This document shows, in pieces, positions 51,136-64,000 of a stretch of DNA of 64,000 nt (its first letter is position 1; each line of letters starts with the position of its first letter). The DNA is taken from assembly GCF_009914755.1 (NCBI RefSeq), contig NC_060926.1. One strand, written 5' to 3'. A model generated the notes under the pieces. The model had not been told where the DNA came from. It saw nothing but the letters and a program-made list of their open reading frames with translations, and made no database searches. This DNA is from the human T2T-CHM13v2.0 reference genome, Homo sapiens. The translations under genes and the position numbers were made by a program.

Positions 51136-52604
51136 TGTCCATCAGTTACTAAGTTTGCTAACATGCCCCAAAGCCATAATATTTTTTTTCAGCATTTAAA
51201 AAAAAATGTTTGAACAGACTCACAATTACAGGTAGAGTTCAAAGTTAACAGTGATGTTCCAGGTTCTATACCATGCAAGACAGATGGGCTTTCTCTTGCA
51301 CACTCTCCTACTTTAAACATATATATTTGTGTCACACCAGGGCCCCAAGTTGAATCAATAAGAAAGCTCGAGAGGACAAAAAATCACCTGCCTCTTTCGT
51401 TTGAGTCACGATCTGCTCATTTAGCAATCCAAGTTCAACTTGTTCTTAAGCTTAAACTCCAGGGTATATGATTCATGTGAACCTGCCAGGAAATACGCTG
51501 ACTGACATGGGCTGAAGATACCAAGGCTACTGGCCGAGCAAGATTGCTCAGGAGATACTAGGGCTAGAAATCTGCCCTTACCTTCAAAAGAGGTTTTCTA
51601 ACTGGTTTTCACCAACTCTATCTAGAATTCCAGAGTTCTGCCAGAAAACATTTGTATTCAGTCATCCACATTTACTCAACAAAGCTCTCACCTCCTAAGT
51701 GGGCATTGGCCAAGACAGCCCCATACCCATCTACCCCTCTACAGATGCTGCCCGTGGGGTCTTTTAACTTAGCAGAGGGATCATACAGGCCATTGGGCCA
51801 TGCTGGTTTTATGGAATCTAGAGTTTACACCATTTACATGGGAATACAAAGTTACAAATACAAAATCAGGTATAAAGTGTACTTAGAATGAGAAAAGAAA
51901 CGACCACAGATTGTGAATTTTGAAGATGACAAATATCACAAAATAAAAAATGGTTGCATGTTATTTTCACGAATTAATTGCTTGACACTCCTCTATCATA
52001 TATTATATTGTATGGCTACGTACTTTTTGCAGTTAAAATATCTTATTTTTGCAAAGTGGACAAAAACCCATGACCAGATGAGAGCATTGCTAGGCCCTGC
52101 CTGTAGCCTCGGGAGGGGCCTGGAGTTGACACTTTCCTGTCTTTGTGGTTCAGTGGCCTCTAGTCATTGGCACTGCTCACATCACCAGATGACTCAGTCT
52201 GCTAAACACCACACTGGCTGCCCTGTCTGAGCCGAGCCAGGCTGGTTACTCAAGCTATGTAAACCAATAAGGTAAAAGTTGGCATTTTCTTGAGCTTGCC
52301 ACTTTAAAGGTTTGGGGCAGACTTTTAGAGCTGGCAGAACCTTAGTTGCTCTTACCTTCTCAAGACAGGAGCTGGAGTCTGTATCTTGGGTCCTCTTCTG
52401 GATACATCTAGCTCTGCTGTGTTTCTTATGCATATAGCACAGTGTATGTTATGACTTCCTACTGCATTGTGGTTTGGCCTAGCTGTTAACATGGTTTACG
52501 CTTTTAAGGGTGACAGTGTTAGGGTGCACCTAGCAGTTTCGCCTGCATCCACACGAGGGCACATAGAATCCTATTGCTCATGAGATACAATCTGACCCTC
52601 CCCT

Positions 52605-53034
52605 TCTTTTTTTTGAGACAGGGTCTCACTCTGTCACCCAGGCTGAAGTGCAGTGGTGCGATTACCGCTCACTGCAGCCTTGACCTCTCGGGCTCAAGTG
52701 ATCCTTTCACCTTAGCCTTCCGAGTAGCTGGAATTACAGGTGTACACCACCATGCCTGGCTAATTTTATTACTTTTTGTAGAGACAAGGTTCTCACTATG
52801 TTGCCTAGGCTGGTCTCAAAACTCCTGGGCTCAAGCGGTCCTTCCGCATCAGCCTTCTGAGTAGCTGGGATTACAGGTGCACACCACCACACCTGGCTAA
52901 TTTTATCATTTTTCTGTAGAGACAAGGTTCTCACTATGTTGCCTAGGCTGATCTCAAACTCTTGACTTAAGCAGTCTTCCTGCCTGGGACTCCCAAAGTG
53001 CTGGGAATACAGGCATGAGCCATCGCATCTGGCC
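52605..53034 (-). mobile_element. AluJ-like with internal tandem duplication (three arms)
   Basis: Segment ctggctaattttat..tgtagagacaaggttctcactatgttgcctaggctg occurs twice about 137 bp apart. Confidence 0.88.
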
Positions 53035-53138
53035 TTGAGCCTCCCTTCTTGGCAGGCTGTTAGTTGGGGTAAAATATCTACTGTTTGTCGCTCCTACCTA
53101 TTGCAAGTCCTGTGGTTAATGACCACTATCGCCTTTGA

Positions 53139-53742
<604 letters not shown>

Positions 53743-55034
53743 GACAGAGGGTTTAATTTTCCTTCTAATAACTTTGTGCCATTGTCCACATTGTTGTTAC
53801 CCCCAAATAAGTATTCCCAACCAAGTAAACAGTTCCTTTCTTTTCCTCTTATCAACATCTAGCCACCACACGCTCAGAATAAGCTTTGAGCATTTGGAGA
53901 TTTGAGGCTATGTCTTCTTACTAAATCCGCAGGCAGGTGTAGCTTTTTAAAAGTTATTATTCTAAGAAACTGTTATTAAGTAGGAGCTAGAGAAAAGTCT
54001 TAGGGGCTACTGAAGATTGACAGCTGTTCTCACAGCTAAAGCAATGTCACAAAGGCCTCCCTTAACCTTCAGTAACTACAAATATATGATTGGGTCCAAA
54101 GGACAGGAAAAAAAAAAAAGCAGTAATTATTTTCCTTTATGCAAGTATACTACTGGCTCCTATCCAGTTGAAACCTCTTAAGCAGGCAAGATATGCAAAG
54201 TCAATTCTTCAACAAGCTCCCCAGAATATTCACTGACTTCACTGAATACCAGAGCCCAAGAGAACACTAATAACACTCTCTGTATTTGGCAAGTGTTGTT
54301 AGCGCAACAGAAGAGACTGAGAGGGTGGCCATGACATTGCCTGCTCACCATAGGGACACCAGGGCTAAATGCAAGGTCCCCTGAGACCTACCCATCAAGC
54401 CCCTCCACTCATTCACCAATTAGCATTTAATTGTGAAAGAGCTCACTCTTGAAACACTTACTTCCTAGATTTAAATGGAACCAGCAACACCAGATTTATG
54501 ACAACCTTTTTAAAACATTTCCTAATTTGAGAGGATTTCAAATTAACCCAGGTGTGTCTTGGCCCCCAATTCAGCTTTAATTACTGAAGTGCCAAAGACT
54601 CCGTTAAAAACTCTGTTTCTCCTGTAAGGAGACTCCACAGTCAGGACCCTGAGGTCCTGAAGTTAAAAAAAAACCTCCACCCCCTCCACCTGCCCCCAAC
54701 TCCCAGAGTATTTTATGAAACACTGTTTTGTGAAATTTCCAAACCACTGATTTCTCAAATACCTTGTAAAGTTTTCCTCCCTGTGGCATTTGGAGACAGC
54801 CAAATCAACATCAGAGAGTTTAGATGCACTTTTTGAGGTCAGACACCTCTGGTAATGAATGCATTGGCCTTCTAATAGGCACACGCAGCTGCTTACGGCA
54901 CCCACTCAAATAGATGTTTTCCTCCACATCCATTCACCAGAGGACTGATGCTCTGGCTGGGCAGGAGCAAGTAATCAGCCTAAAGATGCACCAAAACAGT
55001 TGCTGGGAATTCACACCTAATGGTGTTTTGTTAA

Positions 55035-55391
<357 letters not shown>

Positions 55392-56049
55392 AAATGCTGA
55401 TTTTAAAAAGGTGCTTTACAATGCTCTGGATCCTCTTGACCTACTTATTTGAAAATAGGAAGATGGGAAGACCCACTGAGGCTGTGGGAAGAAGAATCTA
55501 GGGGTGGCAGGTCTGGGATGGAACCCAGCCCCTCAGAGCATCTCATTTGGGAGGGCAGAGGTCAGTGGGGTGAAGTGCTCTTTCTCACAGTGTCCTGGGA
55601 GGAATGGAGGGGCTGATGTAGGTAAGTTCCCTGAGGAGGTATGATGCAAATCTGTGCGGCTTCTAAAAGAACATTCCCACTTTATTTTATATAGAAATCC
55701 CAGAGTCCAGGGCAGTACAAAATGGATGCTTCTGGGCCCATTTATACCTTGGCAAGCAAACCACAGTGTTCCCAATTTCTTTATGCAAGCAGGAGCACAC
55801 ATACAGCCTTCCCAAAAGGTGTAAGAAATTTTAATTAAAATGATAAATGCCATGCTCAATAATAAAGCTTTAATATCTCTGGCAAACAAAATAACAATGT
55901 ACTGCTATTCTCCTTTCCCAGGGCAGCATAGGTATTTTAATGAAAGTCTTTTTATACATCTCATAAAATTATTCTTGAAAAGAATAGCACTAAGTATTTG
56001 ATACCTTTTTGGCAGTGAAGGACTCTTGCACTCCAAAGCTCATCCAAAT

Positions 56050-56330
56050 GTGAAGAGCAAAGACTCTAAAGCCCAATTGCCTGGGTTCAAATCTCTATGC
56101 CACACTTCCTAGTGGAATAGAGGAATTCCACACTTCCTGTGTGAAATTGAGCAGGTCATTTAACCTCTTGGTGTCTCAGTTTACTCATCTGTAAAGTGGG
56201 AGTAACAATACCACCTACTTTTTCGAGTTGTTGTGAGGATTAAATAAGCTAATACATATAAATAGTTTAGAAACTGTACCCAGCACAGAGTAAGTACTCA
56301 GTAAGTCTGGTTAATATTATAATTATTAAC
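56050..56330 (+). mobile_element. MIR (near full length)
   Basis: ctgggttcaaatc..tttaacctcttggtgtctcagtttactcatctgtaaagtggg..ttgtgaggattaaataagctaataca. Confidence 0.88.
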
Positions 56331-56332
56331 AC

Positions 56333-56360
56333 CATCATCATCATCATCATCATCATCATC
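56333..56360. repeat. (CAT)n/(TGA)n microsatellite
   Basis: Eight consecutive TCA at 56335-56358. Confidence 0.95.
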
Positions 56361-56391
56361 TTTCTCCCATGGTTTGGGAAACCGTACTGAC
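56356..56391 (-). CDS. AP1S3: AP1S3 alternative C-terminus by read-through of the donor ([11 protein letters not shown])
   Basis: Frame stays open for 11 codons past GTCAGT to TGA; matches a recalled AP1S3 isoform end. Confidence 0.75.
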   Translation of the reverse strand, partial: VSTVSQTMGER

Positions 56392-56529
56392 CTCCTGTAA
56401 CATATCAGAGTCTTCAATGGCTTTGACAGCAATTTTCTTGGATGTTTCCTGAATTTCCCCACCTATTATAAACTCGTCCAGGATGAAATAAGCCTTTTCA
56501 AAATTAAAGATAATATCCAGCTCACAGAC
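56392..56529 (-). CDS. AP1S3: AP1S3 penultimate coding exon (138 nt, [46 protein letters not shown])
   Basis: Translation is the AP sigma-subunit signature [19 protein letters not shown]; acceptor TTTGTCCCACCAG|GTC and donor CAGGAG|GTCAGT on the minus strand, both phase 0. Confidence 0.97.
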
Positions 56530-56989
56530 CTGGTGGGACAAAAACAAACGTTTTGATAAACTTGCAGTTGTATCAGGGGAAACATCTGCCCGAATCTCGA
56601 GCTTTTTCAGTTTGCACTCATGTGGCGTACCAAAAATAAAAATATCAGATGGCATTTTAAGGACAGAAAAAAAGAACAGGGAATGTCAGGCCTTTAATAA
56701 ATGGAATGCTACATTCTATTAAAGCAAAGCACATCCTTAGATAATAATGTTTTGTGTTACAACAGGAAATTTGAGGCTCAGTAAGGGAATGAGGCCACTC
56801 GGCTCCTCTTCCTATCTGCACCAAGAAAACTGAGCCCCAGCTGCATTCCAGGAAGGAGGGCAGAGCTTTGTTTCTCCTGCTCTCTGCTCTGTAAATCTTG
56901 GCTTCTAGCTTTAGAACTCTCTCAGAAACTAATTCTTCAGAGGAAAATTAGCTCAACTGTGCTAATTTTTCTCAAAATTATGTCACAGC

Positions 56990-57140
56990 CAGTGGTTCTC
57001 AAACTCATTCCAAAGGCTCATTAAAACACACTGGTGCTACAGCCCACCCCCAGAGTTTATGACTCAGGAGGTCTAGATGAGAACTGAGAATCTGCACTTT
57101 TAACAGGTTCCCAGGTGATGCTGAGGCCGCCGGACTGGGG
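56990..57140. mobile_element. MER5A-like hAT element
   Basis: cagtggttctcaaact..cccacccccagagttt..gaatctgcacttttaacaggttcccaggtgatgctga. Confidence 0.8.
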
Positions 57141-57393
57141 GATTTCACATCCAGAATCCCTGGCGCGGATCAAAGCAGAGTCTGATAGATTTTGGTGTTT
57201 ATTTAAGTGTAGCAAGTATGGCAAGATCACTCCCATCATCCAAATAAAGCTCATTTCCCGTACTCACACACCATCCTTGCTGTCTTACTCCCTACTTATT
57301 CCTCTACTCACTGACACCTTCTCTTTCCATACCATACCCCACCCACCCAACTGAAGCTGTTCTCCTGAAACTCTGCTCATTGAGTCTCCAGAC

Positions 57394-58395
57394 TGCATAA
57401 ATGTCTTCTTTTGAGAAGCGTCTGTTCATATCCTTCGCCCACTTTTTGATGGGGTTGTTTTTTTTCTTGTACATTTGTTTAAGTTCTTTGTAGATTCTGG
57501 ATATTAGCCCTTTGTCAGATGGATAGATTGCAAAAGTTTTCTCCCATTCTGTTGGTTGCCTGTTCACTCTGATGATACTTTCTTTTGCTGTGCAGAAGCT
57601 CTTTAGTTTAATTGGATCCCATTTGTCTATTTTAGCTTTTGTCACTAGTCATTAGAAAAATGCAAATCAAAAACTACAATGAGATACCATCTCATGCCAG
57701 TTAGAATGGCGATCATTAAAAAGTCAGGAAACAACAGATGCTGGAGAGGATGTGGAGAAATAGGAATGCTTTTACACTGTTGGTGGGAGTGTAAATTAGT
57801 TCAACCATTGTGGAAGACAGTGTGGTGATTCCTCAAGGATCTAGAGCCAGAAATACCATTTGACCCGGCAATCCCATTACTGGGTATATACCAAAGGATT
57901 ATAAATCATTCTACTATAAAGACACATGCACATGTATGTTTGTTGCAGCACTGTTCACAGTAGCAAAGACTTGGAACCAACCCAAATGCCCATCAATGAT
58001 AGACTGGATAAATAAAATGTGGGACATATACACCATGGAATACTATGCAGCCATAAAAAAAGATGAGTTCATGTCCTTTGCAGGGACACAGATGAAGCTG
58101 GAAACCATCATTCTCAGCAAACTACTACAAGAATAGAAAACCAAACACGGCATGTTCTCACTCATAAGTAGGAGTTGAACAATGAGAACACATGGACACA
58201 GGGAGGGGAACATCACACACCAGAGTGTGTTGGGGGGTGGGGGGCAAAATACCTAATGTAGATGGCAGGTTGATGGGTGCAGCAAACCACCATGGCACAT
58301 AAATACCTATGTAACAAACCTGCACATTCTGTGCATGTATCCCAGAACTTAAAGTGTAATTTTAGAAAAAGGGAGGAGAAAAAAAAAAGAAAGAA
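57394..58395 (+). mobile_element. 5'-inverted, truncated L1PA
   Basis: Inverted ORF2 piece 57394 to about 57642, sense 3' piece to the A tail; TSD agtctccagac. Confidence 0.93.
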
Positions 58396-59751
58396 AGTCT
58401 CCAGACCTCCCCAATGTTTACCTCTCAGCCACATGTGGTACTCTTCACCAATCTCTCTTCCTTGAAAATCTCTTCTCCCTTGCTCCCCTGATTTTGGCAA
58501 TACCACTTAATGCCTGTTTTTCTTGTCTATCTCTGATAATTCCTTCTCAGACTCCTTGGATAATTTATCTCCCTCCTACCCTGCATTTGTTTAAGAAGTA
58601 TTTAAGGTGTGCCTAGCACATATCAGTCAACAGAACAGACAAACATCTCTGCTGCATGTTGCTTATATTCTAGCCATCCATCTTCTGCTTGAATATTCAT
58701 GTTCCTCAAGGGAGCCTCTTCTCTTTGCAAAATGCATATTCTCCTGGACAATCTTGCTGACTCTCTACAGCTATGTCTAGCATGCAGGTAGCTCAACAAA
58801 CCTAGATGACTAGCCCTGATCTCCCTCTGGGCCACTAGTCCAATATTCTCATCCACTAACTAGACATCTTTACCTACCTATTCCTCAATCCATGTCACTA
58901 TGTCCCAAGCTGATATCAAGATTATTCTTTTTCCTTTAGTCCCTATTTTGCTTAGTAGTTGCAATCTCTTTCTAATTTCTCCATCTAATTCATTCTAGAG
59001 TTCAACCAACATACTTCCCCTTCCCCACTCATTCCTCTCCCTCCTTGATCTCATCCCTCTGGATTTGGTCATCAGTTTCTACTGATTCTATTGTCTAAAT
59101 AAGTCCCTACCCTTCCTGTCTTCTCTGCTTTCACAGCTGCTGCTCAGGCCTACAGCACTTCTCCATCAGGCCACTGCAATGACCTTCCAGGTGGCGGTTG
59201 TGCCTGCTCAGGGCCATTGACCACTAATGCTTAGCTAAAATGCTGATCTTGTGCCTCTCCAGTGTAAGGTCTTCAGGACAAAGGCATATAGGAATCTTTA
59301 CCAGCCTGGGCCCTGCTGTCTGATTTCCCGTGCCAGTTCTCATCCATGCATCTGACACACATGCCACAAACTCACAATGTCACGGTGTTTTGTGCCTTTG
59401 CTTTCTGCACATTCCAACAATTCTTGAATTGTGTCCCCAAATGTCCTTTTCTTTATTCTCCTGCTGGCAAAACCAAGCTCATTTTTTCAAGGCCAAATTC
59501 AAAAGTCAGGCATGTGGCGATTCCCCACATCCCCTTTTCCCCATTCAGATTTCACATCACTTCCTGTGGGTTCTCACTTACATCTTCTGTGCACTAGTTT
59601 CTGCTTATTGATTACTAATCACTCCCCCGTACTGTGAGTTCAGGGCAGAAACTTTGTCTTCATTATCTTTATATCCCTGGTTTCTGGCACATTGTAAGAC
59701 ACAAAAAATGCTTGTAAGATAAATGAATGAGCAAGTTTAAGTAGAGGCCTT

Positions 59752-60055
59752 GTCTGGGCATGGTGGCTCACGTCTGTAATCCCAGCACTTTGGGAGGCTG
59801 AGGCAGGCAGATCACTTGAGGTCAAGAGTTCAAGACCAGCCTGGCCAACATGGTGAAACCTTGTCTTTACTAAAAATACAAAAATTAGCCAGGCATGATG
59901 GTGCACGACTGTAATCCCAGCTACTCAGGAAGGTGAGGCAGAAGAATCACTTGAACCCAGGAGGCAGAGGTTGCAGTGAGCCAAAATCATGCCACTGCAC
60001 TCCAGCCTGGGTGACAGAGCAAGACTCCTTCTCAAAAAATAAAAATAAATAAATA
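59752..60055 (+). mobile_element. Alu
   Basis: Full dimer; TSD aggccttgt. Confidence 0.95.
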
Positions 60056-60289
60056 TAGGCCTTGTTTCTAATATGCTAGAGATTAATGGCATCCCAGATA
60101 CAATTCTATGGTTGTACTGAATGCTATAACTTTGCATGAAATAGATGTCAATATTTTAGCAAATTCCTCCATATACTTACAAGTTAGGTCAATAAACTAG
60201 CAAACTTCACAAGGAACATGGTTTAAGTCAACAGATCCAAATGAATCCAACTTCCATACAGAATTACCATGGCATACTGGGGGTATATC

Positions 60290-60800
60290 ACAGTTTATTT
60301 AAGCAGTTCCTTTATGGATATGGGCAGACTTTGGGCTGTTTCCAGTTTTTATTCTAAATGATGCTGCCATAATTTTTGTTGTGTATTGTATACTAATTTG
60401 AGTATAGTGTAGGAATAAATTCCTTGGGGAATTTTGGGTCAAAGGATTTGTATATTTAAAATTGATAAATACTAAAATGTGGTCCTCCAAAGTAGTCTAT
60501 AAAACTTAAAAGTTTCACTAACAGTAGGAGTGATTACCTATTTATGCCATCTCCAGCAATGGATAGTCTCTAAATTTTCGGATGAATATTAATTAAACTT
60601 GCATTTCCCTGCTTATTAGTGAGACTGTACATCTTATTAGATATGCACTGGCCCTTTCCATTTCTTGCCTTGTCTACAAATTGCTTCTTAAAGACTTTGT
60701 TTTTTTCTATTGTAATATTTGTCTTAGAAATTTGAATGATTCTTTCGGTGTCACAGATACTGTCTCCTTTCCCTGCTGTTGTATATGTTGCAAGCGTTTT
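60290..60800 (-). mobile_element. Old L1ME remnant
   Basis: tgggctgtttccagtttt..aatgatgctgccataa..gggtcaaaggat..ttgcatttccctgcttattagtgag. Confidence 0.75.
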
Positions 60801-60919
60801 CTATGTAGAAGCTGAAAAGAATAAGGTAGATTTACATGCACAAATATGGCAAGAGCTCTAAGATAGACTTGTAAGGAGGAAAAAAAAGAAAGTTGCAGAA
60901 TAATATGCAGAATGCAATC

Positions 60920-60922
<3 letters not shown>

Positions 60923-60953
<31 letters not shown>

Positions 60954-61232
60954 AGACGGAGTCTCCCTGTCGCCCAGGCTGGAGTGCAGTGGCGCGATCT
61001 CGGCTCACTGAAGGCTCCGCCCGCCGGGGTTCACGCCATTCTCCTGCCTCAGCCTCCCGAGTAGCTGGGACTACAGGCGCCCGCTACCTCGCCCGGCTAA
61101 TTTTTTGTATTTTTAGTAGAGACGGGGTTTCACTGTGTTAGCCAGGATGGTCTCGATCTCCTGACCTCGTGATCCACCCGCCTCGGCCTCCCAAAGTGCT
61201 GGGATTACAGGCGTGAGCCATCGCGCCCGGCC
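60923..61232 (-). mobile_element. AluY with long homogeneous tail
   Basis: CpG-rich with AluY diagnostics; TSD gcaatcc(c/t)atttt. Confidence 0.95.
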
Positions 61233-61684
61233 GCAATCCTATTTTTAAAAACCGTATATGTTTAGAGGGACATGTAAAAATATGCATCATTTTTGCAGTT
61301 TTAAACAATAGAAAGAAACAAAAAGAAATCACAATAGATTAGACATCCATGTACATGAAAGAAGGTATGAGAAGAAAGCAGTTACCAGAGGTCAGAAAAG
61401 GCAGAAGTCAGGAGTTATAGTAGCAAGCTGAGGAACCTCGGAGTTCAAGGCAGGCGTAGACCAGGAATCCAAGACAGACAGGAGCCTCATTAGGAGAAAC
61501 CAGCAATTAAACTCCTGCAAAGTGAACCTGACAGATACTAATGAAAATTCTCCAGGAACTTCTTATACCCCACTTTGACACGTCCCCAGGTCTGGGTCCT
61601 CCAGCAGCCATGGGGCAATTAATTTACTGTACTAGTTTCAAGGGATAAGGGTAAGGTAAGGTGGTATTCAGAGTTAGAGAGACA

Positions 61685-61687
<3 letters not shown>

Positions 61688-61727
<40 letters not shown>
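61688..61727. repeat. (CA)n microsatellite
   Basis: About 20 units seen directly. Confidence 0.95.
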
Positions 61728-61730
<3 letters not shown>

Positions 61731-61915
61731 CTTGATATACAGTTACTATCTGTAGCTCTGAAGAGAAATGTATATGCAAGTTCCATAGGCATTACAGAGA
61801 ATGTTACAACTGAGCAACTATTTCACATACAGCAACACAAAAGTGCTACCCTATAGTTATTCTTTGAGTCTACTGCCATCTGAGAATGAGAGAAAATATC
61901 CAGGAAGACCCTTAG

Positions 61916-62232
<317 letters not shown>

Positions 62233-62270
62233 TCCCAAGTCAGGTTTCTGAAGCTACTGCCTAATTACTT

Positions 62271-62641
<371 letters not shown>

Positions 62642-63024
62642 CTAATTATGCAAATACCCCGGCTTCTTGCTCCCTCACCATGTTAATAAACATGAGCCTC
62701 TTTATTTATTTTCTCGTGTATCTAGATTCTGAATAAAGCTTTCAAATGGTAGAAACTATCATTTAACTTTATCTTCAATGTCCTAGCCTTGTGCTCTTCT
62801 GTAATTTGGCTTAAGGTTCTTTTCTTACAGCAGAATTCATGGTGCAGTGAGATTATTTCTGGCATTTCACCAACTGAATCCTTTTGGACAGAATCTAAGA
62901 AGCACATGTACTTATTAAATGATGCTCTAAAGTAAATACAAAAAGTTTCAAGTTACATGCAGCAAATGCTTCAAATAATAGTAAACTATATAACTACCAT
63001 AAAGCTATATATAAAATAAGAATA

Positions 63025-63332
<308 letters not shown>

Positions 63333-64000
63333 CAAGAATAATTATAATGCAATGTACAACTATATAGCAATTAATAGTTTATTAAGTATTGCTATCACGC
63401 CATCTCTTTGCCCCTCCCAGCAGCCCTATAAGGTTAGCAAAGTAAACACTTCTCTTAACCTTTTTGAGGGTCATTTTTCTCATCTGCAAAACGGAGACAC
63501 ATGACAGGCCCCAAATCCTTGAATTGGTGAGAGAGTGAGCCTACACCAGCATCCGGGGGACCCATAGTGCTCTTCCCCTGACAGCAAAAAACAAACAAAC
63601 AAAAAACTCCCTACATCAAATTCAAAAGCTCTCTGGGAGATCAACATCCTCACACACTGAGGCACCAGTAAAAATTCACACTGTAGTCTGTAATGCAGAA
63701 ATATGGCAGGTATCTAAATCCTCAGACTCTTATCTGGCATGAGACTTTGAGGCATTTCCTCTGAGCCTCTATAAATTGAGGTTAATGCTACTTACTGAAG
63801 ATCGGAAGATTAACTAGTTAATCCTCGTAAATCTCCTTGGAATTGAAAAGTGCTAAAAAAAAATACATAACTTAAATTAGTAGCCAGAGATTTTGATCCG
63901 TCTGTCTTCAGCAGATAATATTTTCCAGTGTTATAAGAGAAGCTCAGTACCAAGTTTTCCCCTAGATAACATTATATAAGGGCAGAATTCAAGGAAAGCT

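Noticed and set aside
56335-56358. TGA run as selenocysteine codons, or (CAT)n as a poly-His ORF
   Set aside because: No SECIS-like element or supported + strand ORF was seen; a MIR-tail microsatellite explains it.
56530-56655. N-terminal part (MPSDIFIFG...) of the 99-aa ORF
   Set aside because: It lies upstream of the splice acceptor; it is intronic and has no sigma-adaptin similarity.

Overview
This is repeat-rich primate (almost certainly human) genomic DNA, not a prokaryotic accessory region. The only real gene is the 3' end of AP1S3 (AP-1 adaptor sigma-3 subunit) on the minus strand. It comprises a 138-nt coding exon (56392-56529), a terminal exon (coding 49887-49922, about 3.4-kb 3'UTR ending near 46.5 kb) and two further C-terminal options: intron read-through (to 56356) and an Alu-derived exon (43997-44062). 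The rest is roughly 50 Alus, L1/L2/MIR remnants, about 12 solo LTRs (several with intact TSDs), an ERVL pol remnant, a Charlie/hAT transposase remnant and simple repeats. Nearly all ORFs in the track are Alu, LTR, L1 or low-complexity artefacts. I do not see a new multi-gene biological system. The most interesting signals are a retroposed 5' exon of intron-containing tRNA-Ile(UAU), the TE-built alternative C-termini and 3' end of AP1S3, inverted Alus in its 3'UTR, and an inverted LTR8 pair. Repeat subfamily names come from recalled consensus sequences, and repeat boundaries without TSDs are approximate.
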